NCBI RefSeq assembly: GCF_054903095.1
Contig: NZ_CM142801.1
Direction: 5' to 3' (one strand)
DNA: 32,000 bases
Shown here: positions 24,402-32,000 of the stretch, in pieces
Numbering within the stretch: position 1 is the first letter of the stretch
Layout of the letters: each line of letters starts with the position of its first letter
Program-made: the position numbers and the translations under genes
The notes under the pieces: model-generated
The model's input: only the letters and a program-made list of their open reading frames with translations
What the model was told of the DNA's origin: nothing
The model's database searches: none

Positions 24402-24432
24402 AATCGATATTCCTTTTCGCAGATAAATGAAA

Positions 24433-24457
24433 ACGCCAGCCCTGTTCAGGCTGGCGT
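24433..24457 (-). terminator. Intrinsic terminator-like hairpin between the DUF957 and DUF4942 genes
   Basis: It has a 9-bp perfect stem (acgccagcc / ggctggcgt) and a 7-nt loop. On the minus strand it is followed by TTTCATTTATC. It lies 29 nt after the DUF957 stop and 31 nt before the DUF4942 ATG. Confidence 0.6.
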
Positions 24458-24485
24458 CAGTGGAATGAAGTATGATGAATGAGAC

Positions 24486-24683
24486 TCACCGGTTCTGGTC
24501 TGGAAGCTGCAGCTGGCGCAGGGTACGGATATCCTCCCTGGCCTGTTCAATACAGGGCAACAGTGCTGCCGAATCCGTTTTATCTTCATCGTTGTCGAAG
24601 ATAATTCCCGATTCGCAGTCGATATTGTCCTGCAGCCATGCAATCAGAATATCCAGCGCTGTTTCCGTGGTTAATGATTTCAT
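24486..24683 (-). CDS. DUF957-family small protein
   Basis: The 65-aa product MKSLTTETALDILIAWLQDNIDCESGIIFDNDEDKTDSAALLPCIEQAREDIRTLRQLQL... uses the ATG at 24681-24683, 11 nt after the upstream gene's stop. The longer ORF-track version (to 24728) would overlap the YeeW-like gene. Confidence 0.7.
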   Translation of the reverse strand: MKSLTTETALDILIAWLQDNIDCESGIIFDNDEDKTDSAALLPCIEQAREDIRTLRQLQLPDQNR

Positions 24684-24694
24684 GTTGTTTCTGG

Positions 24695-25183
24695 TTACCA
24701 GTCGAAAGTGGGTAAATCCGGCAGACATTCGGCGCTGGCATCCAGATGAATGAGACTGACGCCATAACGTCGGGTAAGTGTGACAACCAGACGGCGGAAC
24801 GTTCTGGACAGGCCCAGGCGTTTAAGCCGCAGAACCGGGTATGACCACGCATCGGTACGTAACAGATATCCGCTGCCTGTAAAATGAATCCATTCTGATT
24901 CGCCGGTGTCATTCGTCTGATGCGACAGCGAGTACAGCCAGGCGTTGTCTTTTGCCGTGATATGCGCGGTACTGCAGCGTATACCGCTCAGGGCAGCAGA
25001 GGGGGGTATGCTGTCTGTTGAGGTCCGGTCAGATTCATCAACAATACGAAGGGAGTAGCCATTATCGCAGACCACGTTAATCAGTTCGGCAAGCTCAACA
25101 CCATCGGCGTCAACGACAATTCGCCCCATGTTCAGTGCCTGTACGTTAACGCTGTCAGCTTCCAGCGTCAGGGCCAGTTTCAT
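24695..25183 (-). CDS. YeeW-like protein (DUF5983 family)
   Basis: 162 aa. Its start overlaps the cbtA stop in an ATGA arrangement, suggesting translational coupling. The position immediately after cbtA is as in CP4-44. Confidence 0.7.
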   Translation of the reverse strand: MKLALTLEADSVNVQALNMGRIVVDADGVELAELINVVCDNGYSLRIVDESDRTSTDSIPPSAALSGIRCSTAHITAKDNAWLYSLSHQTNDTGESEWIHFTGSGYLLRTDAWSYPVLRLKRLGLSRTFRRLVVTLTRRYGVSLIHLDASAECLPDLPTFDW

Positions 25184-25557
25184 CGTTTTGCCTCCGGATA
25201 CTTGCCCTGGGTAATGTTATTTACCATTCTGTAATTGTTCCGGGTCATCAGGCCGGTCGCCCTGCGAGCCCGGAGAATATCAATGCTGTTGATTAACTGC
25301 GACGGGGCTCCTGCGCTGAATCCCGGCTGGTCGGTACGTACCAGCGCGTATTTTTCAACGAGAAAGTTCACCGCATCACACAGTGAAATCCCTGCCTCAA
25401 TATGCTGCTCAATCACACGTTCATCAGCGAACGGTGTGTCATTCAGCGTGAGGCCATAGTGCTGGTCCAGCAGTCGGGACAGCAGTATCTGCCAGATTTC
25501 AACAGGAGACGGGCGAGAACTGGCCGCCTGCCCGGGTAATACAGGTAATGTTTTCAT
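25180..25557 (-). CDS. cbtA: Type IV toxin-antitoxin toxin CbtA/YeeV family (inhibitor of FtsZ/MreB polymerisation)
   Basis: 125 aa. [70 protein letters not shown]... matches the YeeV/YkfI/YpjF family from memory. Confidence 0.9.
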   Translation of the reverse strand: MKTLPVLPGQAASSRPSPVEIWQILLSRLLDQHYGLTLNDTPFADERVIEQHIEAGISLCDAVNFLVEKYALVRTDQPGFSAGAPSQLINSIDILRARRATGLMTRNNYRMVNNITQGKYPEAKR

Positions 25558-25645
25558 ACTGAAGATTTTCCTGATATGCAGATATAAAAATGGAAAAGTG
25601 GCGTGGTGAAAACACCAGGCCGTAGCAGAAGGCTATTCTGGAGAG

Positions 25646-26014
25646 TTAATTTTTCATTTCGGGCGTCGGATAAACAGCCAGATAAACGTAACCACAGGAG
25701 CCGAGGGTGTCGGCTTCGCAGGTCAGCCCTTTCGCATACAGTGTGACGGTATGCTGATGGCGGGGATTCAGTTCACCGCTGGTGAGCATGAGTTCCAGTT
25801 GTTTCATCAGCAGCGGAAAGGCCTGGTCCAGGTGGTATGCATCCGCGTCGCTGAACCGGCCTCTGATACCGGCACGGTCGGCAAGGTAATGCAACCGGTT
25901 ACCCTCCTGCACCAGACGTGCCCCGAAACAGGGCGTCACGGTGCAGGGCAGCCCCCACCAGGGGCGGTCGTGATTGTCGTCGGGATGCGTTGTCCCGGGC
26001 AGTGTGTCTGACAC
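25646..26014 (-). CDS. cbeA: Type IV antitoxin CbeA/YeeU family
   Basis: The 122-aa product starts at GTG 26012-26014 ((M)SDTLPGTTHPDDNHDRPWWGLPCTVTPCFGARLVQEGNRLHYLADRAGI...), with a gagga SD 7 nt upstream. This matches the 122-aa length of K-12 CbeA. An in-frame ATG at 26074 would add 20 residues and is the less likely alternative. Confidence 0.88.
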   Translation of the reverse strand: MSDTLPGTTHPDDNHDRPWWGLPCTVTPCFGARLVQEGNRLHYLADRAGIRGRFSDADAYHLDQAFPLLMKQLELMLTSGELNPRHQHTVTLYAKGLTCEADTLGSCGYVYLAVYPTPEMKN

Positions 26015-26092
26015 GATAAAGTCCTCACAGAAATCAGTTAAGAATGGTTCGATGGTGGCGATAATTCGGCTCATCAGAATGCCCTTCCTGGC

Positions 26093-26314
26093 TCAGTTCA
26101 GGGTGACGCTCATCAGCCGGACATACGGGCCAAAACTGTCTTTACGGCGTTCTGCAAATACAGCCAGCACACCGGGAATATCCTGCACTTCACGACCGGT
26201 ATACGCTTCAGTGCTGCCGTGCCAGCGGTATTTGCCGGTACAGAACGGAAAAAGACGGGATGCCGGATGTTGTTGGTGAATACGCATGGCTTCACCACGG
26301 GTGATGATTTTCAT
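26093..26314 (-). CDS. yeeT: DUF987-family protein (YeeT/YkfH/YfjZ-neighbour type)
   Basis: 73 aa: MKIITRGEAMRIHQQHPASRLFPFCTGKYRWHGSTEAYTGREVQDIPGVLAVFAERRKDSFGPYVRLMSVTLN. It sits between the radC-like gene and the antitoxin, as in CP4-44. Confidence 0.8.
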   Translation of the reverse strand: MKIITRGEAMRIHQQHPASRLFPFCTGKYRWHGSTEAYTGREVQDIPGVLAVFAERRKDSFGPYVRLMSVTLN

Positions 26315-26382
26315 GGTGTGATACCTCTGAAGACAGAAGATAAAAGCGAAAACAGGTGTGATGTGGTTGTGACGGTGACGGG

Positions 26383-26859
26383 TTAAAGCAGACCGTGTTC
26401 GGCAAAGGAGAAAACCTGGCTGCCACCGACTATCAGATGGTCCGGCACCCGGATATCCACCAGGCCCAGTGCCTGTACCAGACGTTCCGTGATAAGGCGG
26501 TCTGCCTTGCTGGGTGTGACTTCACCGGACGGGTGATTGTGCGCCAGCACCACGGCAGCAGCATTGTGGTACAGGGCGCGTTTAATCACTTCCCGGGGAT
26601 GAACTTCCGTACGGTTGATGGTGCCGGTGAAGAGGGTTTCACCGGCAATCAGCTTATTCTGGTTGTTCAGATACAGCACCCGGAATTCTTCACGCTCCAG
26701 TCCAGCCATGTTCAGAATCAGCCATTCCCGGGCCGCACGGGTGGAGGTGAAGGCCACGCCGGGTTCATGAAGATGGCGGTCCAGGGTTTTCAGGGCCCGC
26801 TGAATGAGGCTGCGCTCGCCGGGCGTCATCGCGCCGGGCAGAAAGGAAAGTTGTTGCAT
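26383..26859 (-). CDS. yeeS: RadC-like JAB/MPN-domain protein (YeeS/YkfG/YfjY family)
   Basis: 158 aa with the JAMM motif (HNHPSGEVTPSKAD) and conserved E...HPRE upstream. Confidence 0.88.
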   Translation of the reverse strand: MQQLSFLPGAMTPGERSLIQRALKTLDRHLHEPGVAFTSTRAAREWLILNMAGLEREEFRVLYLNNQNKLIAGETLFTGTINRTEVHPREVIKRALYHNAAAVVLAHNHPSGEVTPSKADRLITERLVQALGLVDIRVPDHLIVGGSQVFSFAEHGLL

Positions 26860-26874
26860 TGTTCCGGCCCCCTT

Positions 26875-27348
26875 TCAGTCAATGATGCGCATAATGGCGC
26901 TGCATTCCGGATGCTGCAGGGCGTAGTCCCGCAGACGGTAATAATGAACCGTCATGGCATAACACTCCGTGCGACAGGCATGATGACTGTACGTCATCAG
27001 ACAGGCAGCAATGCCGGCGGCTTCCGGGCTCATTTCAGCGCGGTTGCCGTTCATGGCGTTAAACAGCACCCATGTTTCGTCATCATCGTCATCCGGTTCA
27101 GGGGCCATAAATGCCCCGCCGTTGTTCAGGGTGTACAGATTCCAGATGCCCCCGCAGTAGTCTTCGCACAGACGGTCCATCCAGCTGAAGACACGGGGCT
27201 CCAGGGTCACCCACTGTGGAATGAGGCTAAAATGCTGCGGCCAGAAGCTGATGCGCTGTTCATCAGGGACTATGGTGGCAACCAGTTGTTGCAGGCCAGT
27301 CTCCGGTGCACAGGCTGAAGAGGTGGTGTTCTGAGACAATGTTTTCAT
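26875..27348 (-). CDS. Antirestriction protein (YfjX/YafX/KlcA-ArdB-like family)
   Basis: The 157-aa product starts at ATG 27346-27348 (MKTLSQNTTSS...QRISFWPQHF...YCGGIWNLYTLNNGGAFMAPE...) with an aagga SD. The acidic run DDDDDE is typical of the family. The ORF-track start at 27420 is an upstream extension. Confidence 0.82.
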   Translation of the reverse strand: MKTLSQNTTSSACAPETGLQQLVATIVPDEQRISFWPQHFSLIPQWVTLEPRVFSWMDRLCEDYCGGIWNLYTLNNGGAFMAPEPDDDDDETWVLFNAMNGNRAEMSPEAAGIAACLMTYSHHACRTECYAMTVHYYRLRDYALQHPECSAIMRIID

Positions 27349-27441
27349 GTGTGAAATCCTTGTAATGTGAATAAATGAGAGGAAATAAAGGCCGGGGGCT
27401 GACAACATCACGTTCATCACTGACCGTGAGACCCGGCAATA

Positions 27442-27687
27442 TCAGGGATGAATGATATTCGGCTGAAATTCCGGACAGCCGTACGCGTAACCGTTCCGGT
27501 CACAGACGGATGGCCAGATGCCATTGCCTGTACTCAGTCTGCACAGACTGAGTTCTCCGGGACGGTAAAGCAGACGGGTACACCAGGCGCACAGGTCATC
27601 ATCAGAAATGGAACGACACCCCGGCAGCGCTTCCGGGGCGTCGGGTGATTCTGGTGCCTGAATCACGCCTTCAGGGATATGTTTCAT
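27442..27687 (-). CDS. Small Cys-rich (possible zinc-binding) protein, translationally coupled to the DUF932 gene
   Basis: The 81-aa product starts at ATG 27685-27687, which overlaps the DUF932 stop (27687-27689) as ATGA. It has six Cys, including a CxxC (CAWC). I cannot assign a family with confidence. Confidence 0.55.
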   Translation of the reverse strand: MKHIPEGVIQAPESPDAPEALPGCRSISDDDLCAWCTRLLYRPGELSLCRLSTGNGIWPSVCDRNGYAYGCPEFQPNIIHP

Positions 27688-28508
27688 CAGCGCATGCTCT
27701 CCAGCAGCGTTTCTGCCATCACCCACAATGCGCGGTTGAGCTTAATATCGGTGTCGATGCTGTGAATGGCACGGGTGTGGATACGTTTTCCTTTTGCACT
27801 GCGACCGGAAATCCCGCCTTTCAGCATATTCTCCTGGATGGTCTGATAAGCACTCCACAGGTCCTTACCGTAATCCTCCCGGCGTCGCGGTGTCAGAATG
27901 TCGGCGGTAGTGACGGGCTGATGTTCGTCACCATAACGGTAAGTCAGTGCCGCCTGTGCCAGCGCCTGGCGTGCCGGTGGCGGCAGGACCAGCGACTGCA
28001 TGGCATCACGCTTCTCCTCTATCCGGTCAAACACGCCCACCACCTCGTAAGCCCCTTCAATGACTCTGTCCACCACATTTCCCCGGTGCGGAACACGCAC
28101 TTCCCCCAGAGACTGACCACAGACGCATCCGTTCTGGCAGACGAACCTGAAGTAACCCGGCAGCATCTGGTAGCTGGAGGTACCGTCATGGGAGTTGAGC
28201 AGAATAATTTCAGGGACATGTTCTCCGTTTATCTCTCCGGCCCGCCGCAGACGCAGCATGTGTTTTGTGTATCCCCGGCGGCCCGGGTCGCGCACACGGG
28301 TCTGGCAGGCGAAGAATGGCTGGAAGCCTTCCCGCTGCAGACTTTCCAGCACAGTGATGGTGGGGATGTACGTATAGTTCTGGCTTCGGGACGTGTGTTT
28401 CTCTTCCCCGAAAATTCCCGGCACATGGTGCATCAGCTCTTCATATGTCAGCGGACGGTCACGGCGTATCTGGTTTGCAGCATAACCAAAACGACTTGCT
28501 AATCGCAT
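27687..28508 (-). CDS. DUF932-domain protein (YfjQ/YafZ family)
   Basis: 273 aa, the same length as K-12 YfjQ/YafZ from memory: MRLASRFG......RRDRPLT.EEL...VP.IF.E.KH.SRS..Y.YIPT..VL..L..EGF.PFF. SD aaggag is present. Confidence 0.82.
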   Translation of the reverse strand: MRLASRFGYAANQIRRDRPLTYEELMHHVPGIFGEEKHTSRSQNYTYIPTITVLESLQREGFQPFFACQTRVRDPGRRGYTKHMLRLRRAGEINGEHVPEIILLNSHDGTSSYQMLPGYFRFVCQNGCVCGQSLGEVRVPHRGNVVDRVIEGAYEVVGVFDRIEEKRDAMQSLVLPPPARQALAQAALTYRYGDEHQPVTTADILTPRRREDYGKDLWSAYQTIQENMLKGGISGRSAKGKRIHTRAIHSIDTDIKLNRALWVMAETLLESMR

Positions 28509-28553
28509 AATTTGCTCCTTATCGGTGGTTAAGATTTACTGGTGTAATAAATG

Positions 28554-28585
28554 AAAAAAGCCGCGTCTCCCGGAGAAGACGCGGC
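28554..28585 (-). terminator. Strong rho-independent terminator immediately upstream of the DUF932 gene
   Basis: It has a 9-bp G+C-rich perfect stem (gccgcgtct / agacgcggc) and an 8-nt loop. On the minus strand it is followed by TTTTTT (A6 at 28554-28559 on the + strand). It ends 45 nt before the DUF932 ATG. Confidence 0.75.
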
Positions 28586-28865
28586 CTGATGGACGAAATT
28601 CATGAGGTTTATTGTCTGAGAAGCCCTCCACTGGCGAGCCACGCATTAAGCTGTTTTCCGGCATCAGCTTCAGAGTTCCGGCCGCGTCAGCGTCGCTGAC
28701 CTTCCGCGTTGCGGATAACCCGACGGAAATGCATTCCCGGGTCATCCTGGATAAACACATTGCGGTAAGCGGTTATGACAGCAACCGCCTGCCCGTATGA
28801 GAAAGATCCTTCAGCCAGGACATACTCTGTGTGTAACCCGGCATATCTGGTTTCTCCTGATAAAT

Positions 28866-28894
28866 AGCCTCTGCCACAACGTATGGCAGAGGCT
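28866..28894 (-). terminator. Hairpin just after the 151-aa gene; weak terminator or RNA-stabilising stem
   Basis: It has an 11-bp perfect stem (agcctctgcca / tggcagaggct) and a 7-nt loop, and begins 24 nt after the stop at 28919. It is followed on the minus strand by ATTTATC, a poor U-tract. Confidence 0.45.
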
Positions 28895-28918
28895 GAAGCA
28901 TGAAACTGACTTCAGGGA

Positions 28919-29374
28919 TCAGTTAACATTTTTTCCGGAAACGGTAATCAGCAGTGGATGGTAGTCCAGGGGATCGAAAACCGATAACGGCAGACTGACA
29001 CGATGGCCGTTACTTTCTTCAGTTGCTTTAATGATTTCGGTTGTGGCGACATTTTCCACGCACTCCGTTTCCAGAAATGCGTCTGTGGTTCGCGTGGCAT
29101 TACTGTCACCAAAGGCTTCCGTTTCCATTTTTCTGGTCACCAGCGTCTGACCATATTTGTCTTTGAGTTGCAGAGTGATGGTGAGGGGGCCAAATCCTTC
29201 ATCGTTTCCGCCATTATCCAGCCGGAACTGGTAGGCACAAATATTTCCCGGGAGCCATATCGTATCTGTATTGCGTATACTGATGTAACGTTGATCCTGT
29301 GCCCGGAGTGGGGCAGACCACGTTAACCCCAGAATGAAGGCGGTAATCATGCAGGTTTTGAACAGGTGAATCAT
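28919..29374 (-). CDS. Secreted/periplasmic protein of unknown function with an N-terminal signal peptide
   Basis: 151 aa. The hydrophobic N-terminus MIHLFKTCMITAFILGLTWSAPLRA|QDQ has an AxA-like cleavage site. The beta-rich mature part contains two Cys. SD gagagg is present. I recall no confident family name. Confidence 0.7.
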   Translation of the reverse strand: MIHLFKTCMITAFILGLTWSAPLRAQDQRYISIRNTDTIWLPGNICAYQFRLDNGGNDEGFGPLTITLQLKDKYGQTLVTRKMETEAFGDSNATRTTDAFLETECVENVATTEIIKATEESNGHRVSLPLSVFDPLDYHPLLITVSGKNVN

Positions 29375-29449
29375 GGTATTTACCTCTCTGAGTCATGACG
29401 ATGACACTGACAAATCAGGTGATAAAACGTAAAAGGCGCAGAATAGCCG

Positions 29450-31972
29450 TTATGCCGGTAACTCCGGGGGTAATGCTTCTTCCAGTCGGTTAACCATCTT
29501 GCCGAGATGGGATGCATCATATTCCATGACGGGGCGTTGCCTGATGATACTGACCACCAGTGGTTTGATTAACATATTGGTCGCGGCCCGTTGTTGTATA
29601 CCGGCGGCGAAAATGATCTCCAGAGCATTCTGATCGATAACACGGGCCAGATTTGCGTTCAGATTTTCAATCTCATGTCCGGTCAGCAGGAAACTGCCGG
29701 CAAGCCATGTCACCTGCTCCTGAATCATTGCCAGAATTTTGACGCGATCTTCTTCAACCAGCGCTCCGGCAATTTTTCCTGATACAGCGGAGGCAATCAT
29801 TCCCCCCAGAACACCGCCAACCACACGCCCTGTCAGTGCACCAAATGGTCCCAGTGGACTGAACAATATCCCGCCCGCCACTGACCCGACAGCACCACCT
29901 GCCACACCGGAAGATGCCACGGCAAGATTCCTGATGAACTGCGCACCGGAGATCCGTCCCCGCAACATTTTGATCATGTCAGGGCCGGTTGTGACAGCGA
30001 CCAGTGCCAGAGATGTCACCAGCGTACCCTTCATCACTTTGTTCAGGGCACTGATATTTCCTGCACCGGTCCCCTTCTGAAGCGCCTGCCGGACAGTCGG
30101 GCTGGCCGTCGAAAAATCAATATGCTTCAGCATACCCTGAACAACAGTGAGCCGGTGAAGTTGCTGGGTTGTGACGTAGACAGCCAGTGTGCGGGTGAAG
30201 GTTTTTCCTGCCTGGACAGCAGCTGTCTGCAGGGCAGCATCGCGATCGCCGGTGCTGAGCCAGAAGACCGATGCCGTCAGGGCAAAACTGATCCCTCCGG
30301 CCGCCAGACTGACAACCGACCCCTCGGCAATATCATAAGTGACCGATTCGATGGTCCCGAACCGGGTGATATTACGGGCCTGGGTATAAGTCAGATGTCC
30401 CCGACGAATCAGCCGGGACGCTTCTGCGGGATCGGTTACACCGGGTACTTTACCTTCGCGGATCTTATTCTTCATGGTTTCCACAGCGCCGGCATACTGA
30501 TCACGGGGGACTTCCAGTTGCATGGGACCATGATTTCCCATGTAACGATACTGTCCGTTTTGTCCGTCGAATGCCGCACCGACGCTACGGGCTGCAGTTG
30601 AACAATATTTCGTCTGGATTTCTGTTCCGCTGACCAGTCTGTCTGCTCCATTTCTGGCATTATTATCACCGAGGATCCGTGCGTTTTTCAGACGGACTCT
30701 GTCGACAATATGGTTTCCCCGTTCAGCGGCAAACCCATGTCCCTGCCCTCCGGAAGCAAACATTTTCTCATTTGTACTCCAGGTTTCCGGCAGTTTCATG
30801 AGAATCAGACCATTCGCCGTTGCATCGGAAATAAAACCGGTGTAAGAACGTTCATAAATGTCCTGACACAGTGTTTCTGTTTCGCGACAAAGAGAGGAGC
30901 AGTACCATTCCGGATCCGGCTTATGATTTTCCGGGGCATGATGTACTTCTGTCAGCCCGCAGGAGGCACAGATACGAAGCTCATCCACGTGGTGGAATGA
31001 TACAAAACGGCGGCCTTCTGAAAAGGGGTACCAGTCACCGCCGTCCAGGCAACGATCGAGAAAATCGTCATTCGCTTCCGGTGATAAATTCAGGCGGTTC
31101 CGGAAGAGGGTTTTCAGTTCATCAGGGGTAAATGACAGGCTCTCTCTCAGCTTTTCGTTGAAACCCGCCATGTTTCTTTCATACCAGGCATTGTCCAGTA
31201 GCCAGTTTCCGTCTGCCAGTTCAAATTCCCTCAGTTCTCCCCGGGAAATCCGTTGTGAAATGAGTGTCAGCCAGATGCGCTCCGTCAGCGTTTCAGGAAG
31301 GCTGTAATCGTTTTGCAAACTGCTCAGCCACGATTTACTGTTGAGCACCGGTTGTTCTTCCAGTGTCTGGCGGATGGCACTGGTCAGTCTTTTCAGCGCC
31401 TGGATCTGGCTGGCCGCCCATAGCAGCGTCACTAATGCAGCCAGCCAGTACAACAACCCGCCCCACCACATCAGTGAGGGTGAAATATCGAACTGCAATG
31501 CGATCAATGGTGCGTATGCAGAACACGCCATAAGGAAAAAAGCAGTATAAAAACAGCAGTAATACCCGTTAATTTCCTTGCTGATATCTTCAGGTGTGAG
31601 CCCGTTCTGCTGAATGCTTCTTATCTGCACGGGAAGAGCCAGCAGACCAGCGGCGAGAGCGGTGGTCAGAATAAATTTTACAGAGTCAAAAGTATGAGCC
31701 TCCAGTGCGATATGTTTACCATCAAGTCCCCACATGAAGCTGATGATCATTCCGGCAATCGTCAGAAATACGCCTGCCAGCCAGCGAATATGGAATAACC
31801 GGGTTATGCGTTCAGTGATATAGCCAGCCAGTAAAGCCGGGCCGAACAGACACAGCAATACGAATCCTGCCAGCGCAGACGCCGTGCTGGTTAATGCTCT
31901 GAACAAAAGGCGAAGAATGGCAAATCCTGCGATCAGCAGGATCAGCGCGCCGACTATCTGTAACATAGTCAC
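29450..31972 (-). CDS. YeeR-like large inner-membrane protein: N-terminal multi-TM region, central Cys4 zinc-ribbon-like motif, soluble GHGFAAE-containing domain, C-terminal glycine-zipper TM region
   Basis: 840 aa. The N-terminus MTMLQIVGALILLIAGFAILRLLFRAL... matches my recollection of CP4-44 YeeR (510 aa in K-12, so the protein here is much longer). Motifs include CASCGLTEVHH...(13)...CSSLC and GGQGHGFAAERGNHIVDRV. The C-terminus has Gly-rich TM segments (GVAGGAVGSVAGGILFSPLGPFGALTGRVVGGVLGGMIASAVSG). SD ggag is present. Confidence 0.75.
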   Translation of the reverse strand: MTMLQIVGALILLIAGFAILRLLFRALTSTASALAGFVLLCLFGPALLAGYITERITRLFHIRWLAGVFLTIAGMIISFMWGLDGKHIALEAHTFDSVKFILTTALAAGLLALPVQIRSIQQNGLTPEDISKEINGYYCCFYTAFFLMACSAYAPLIALQFDISPSLMWWGGLLYWLAALVTLLWAASQIQALKRLTSAIRQTLEEQPVLNSKSWLSSLQNDYSLPETLTERIWLTLISQRISRGELREFELADGNWLLDNAWYERNMAGFNEKLRESLSFTPDELKTLFRNRLNLSPEANDDFLDRCLDGGDWYPFSEGRRFVSFHHVDELRICASCGLTEVHHAPENHKPDPEWYCSSLCRETETLCQDIYERSYTGFISDATANGLILMKLPETWSTNEKMFASGGQGHGFAAERGNHIVDRVRLKNARILGDNNARNGADRLVSGTEIQTKYCSTAARSVGAAFDGQNGQYRYMGNHGPMQLEVPRDQYAGAVETMKNKIREGKVPGVTDPAEASRLIRRGHLTYTQARNITRFGTIESVTYDIAEGSVVSLAAGGISFALTASVFWLSTGDRDAALQTAAVQAGKTFTRTLAVYVTTQQLHRLTVVQGMLKHIDFSTASPTVRQALQKGTGAGNISALNKVMKGTLVTSLALVAVTTGPDMIKMLRGRISGAQFIRNLAVASSGVAGGAVGSVAGGILFSPLGPFGALTGRVVGGVLGGMIASAVSGKIAGALVEEDRVKILAMIQEQVTWLAGSFLLTGHEIENLNANLARVIDQNALEIIFAAGIQQRAATNMLIKPLVVSIIRQRPVMEYDASHLGKMVNRLEEALPPELPA

Positions 31973-32000
31973 TCCGTGATGAATATCATGTTATTGTGAA

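Larger units (their letters stand above)
23423..32000 (-). mobile_element. Distal arm of a CP4-44/CP4-57/CP4-6-type genomic island (cryptic-prophage-like) integrated at selC; continues beyond the right edge of the window
   Basis: It starts directly at the selC 3'-fragment. It carries the stereotyped co-directional gene set YeeR-like ... DUF932-antirestriction-RadC-DUF987-CbeA-CbtA-YeeW-DUF957-DUF4942 found at the integrase-distal end of CP4-type islands. The integrase and intact tRNA are not in the window. Confidence 0.75.

Noticed and set aside
23640-24426. + strand ORFs of 135, 60 and 161 aa
   Set aside because: All are antisense to the DUF4942 gene, which has a proper SD and a conserved module position. 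Their translations are Ser/Arg/Cys-rich and look non-protein-like.
26395-27318. 307-aa + strand ORF
   Set aside because: It is antisense to the well-recognised RadC-like and antirestriction genes. Its translation has no recognisable domain and an odd Gly/His/Gln-rich composition, so it is most likely a shadow ORF.
27645-28502. 285-aa + strand ORF
   Set aside because: It is almost exactly antisense to the DUF932 gene (27687-28508), whose translation matches the YfjQ/YafZ family. The ORF has no SD and no recognisable motifs.
28536-28760. 74-aa minus-strand ORF in the region between the 151-aa and DUF932 genes
   Set aside because: It reads straight through the strong intrinsic terminator hairpin and its U-tract and ends inside the DUF932 ribosome-binding region. 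It has no SD, so it is unlikely to be translated as such.

Overview
This is Escherichia coli-type chromosomal DNA around the selC / setC-yicL-nlpA-yicS locus, shown reverse-complemented relative to K-12. Two horizontally acquired blocks flank a short conserved core.

(1) Positions 1-~19100. A giant intimin/invasin-family adhesin gene is truncated at its 5' end by the window edge and stops at 11883. It contains 25 near-identical in-frame 291-bp repeats. Downstream lies an AT-rich, SPI-1/Mxi-Spa-like 'orphan' type III secretion cassette on the minus strand: class-II chaperone, a 60-codon unassigned ORF, SipB/IpaB-like, SipC/IpaC-like and SipD/IpaD-like translocators, and a HilA-like regulator. 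No injectisome genes are in the window. From memory this matches the air(eaeX)/eilA/eipDCB/eicA locus described near selC in enteroaggregative E. coli 042, so I treat it as known but poorly characterised.

(2) Positions 19218-22761. Core genes yicS, nlpA, yicL and setC.

(3) Positions 22800-23422. An AT-rich scar with a short RhuM-family gene fragment, a 24-nt copy of the 3' end of tRNA-Sec (selC), and a second, degenerate copy of the same junction.

(4) Positions 23423-32000. The distal arm of a CP4-44/CP4-57/CP4-6-type island, all on the minus strand: YeeR-like membrane protein, secreted 151-aa protein, DUF932, small Cys-rich protein, antirestriction protein, RadC-like JAB protein, DUF987/YeeT, CbeA antitoxin, CbtA toxin, YeeW-like protein, DUF957, DUF4942.

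I see no rRNA, no intact tRNA, no CRISPR array and no IS element. I did not find an unambiguous new system. The parts least explained by known families are:
- the 840-aa YeeR-like protein and its secreted partner;
- the hairpin-bounded non-coding stretch with a 23-codon mini-ORF upstream of the DUF932 gene;
- the 60-codon ORF inside the translocator operon;
- the recombination architecture of the adhesin repeat array.

All homology statements come from reading the translations and from memory. No database search was run.
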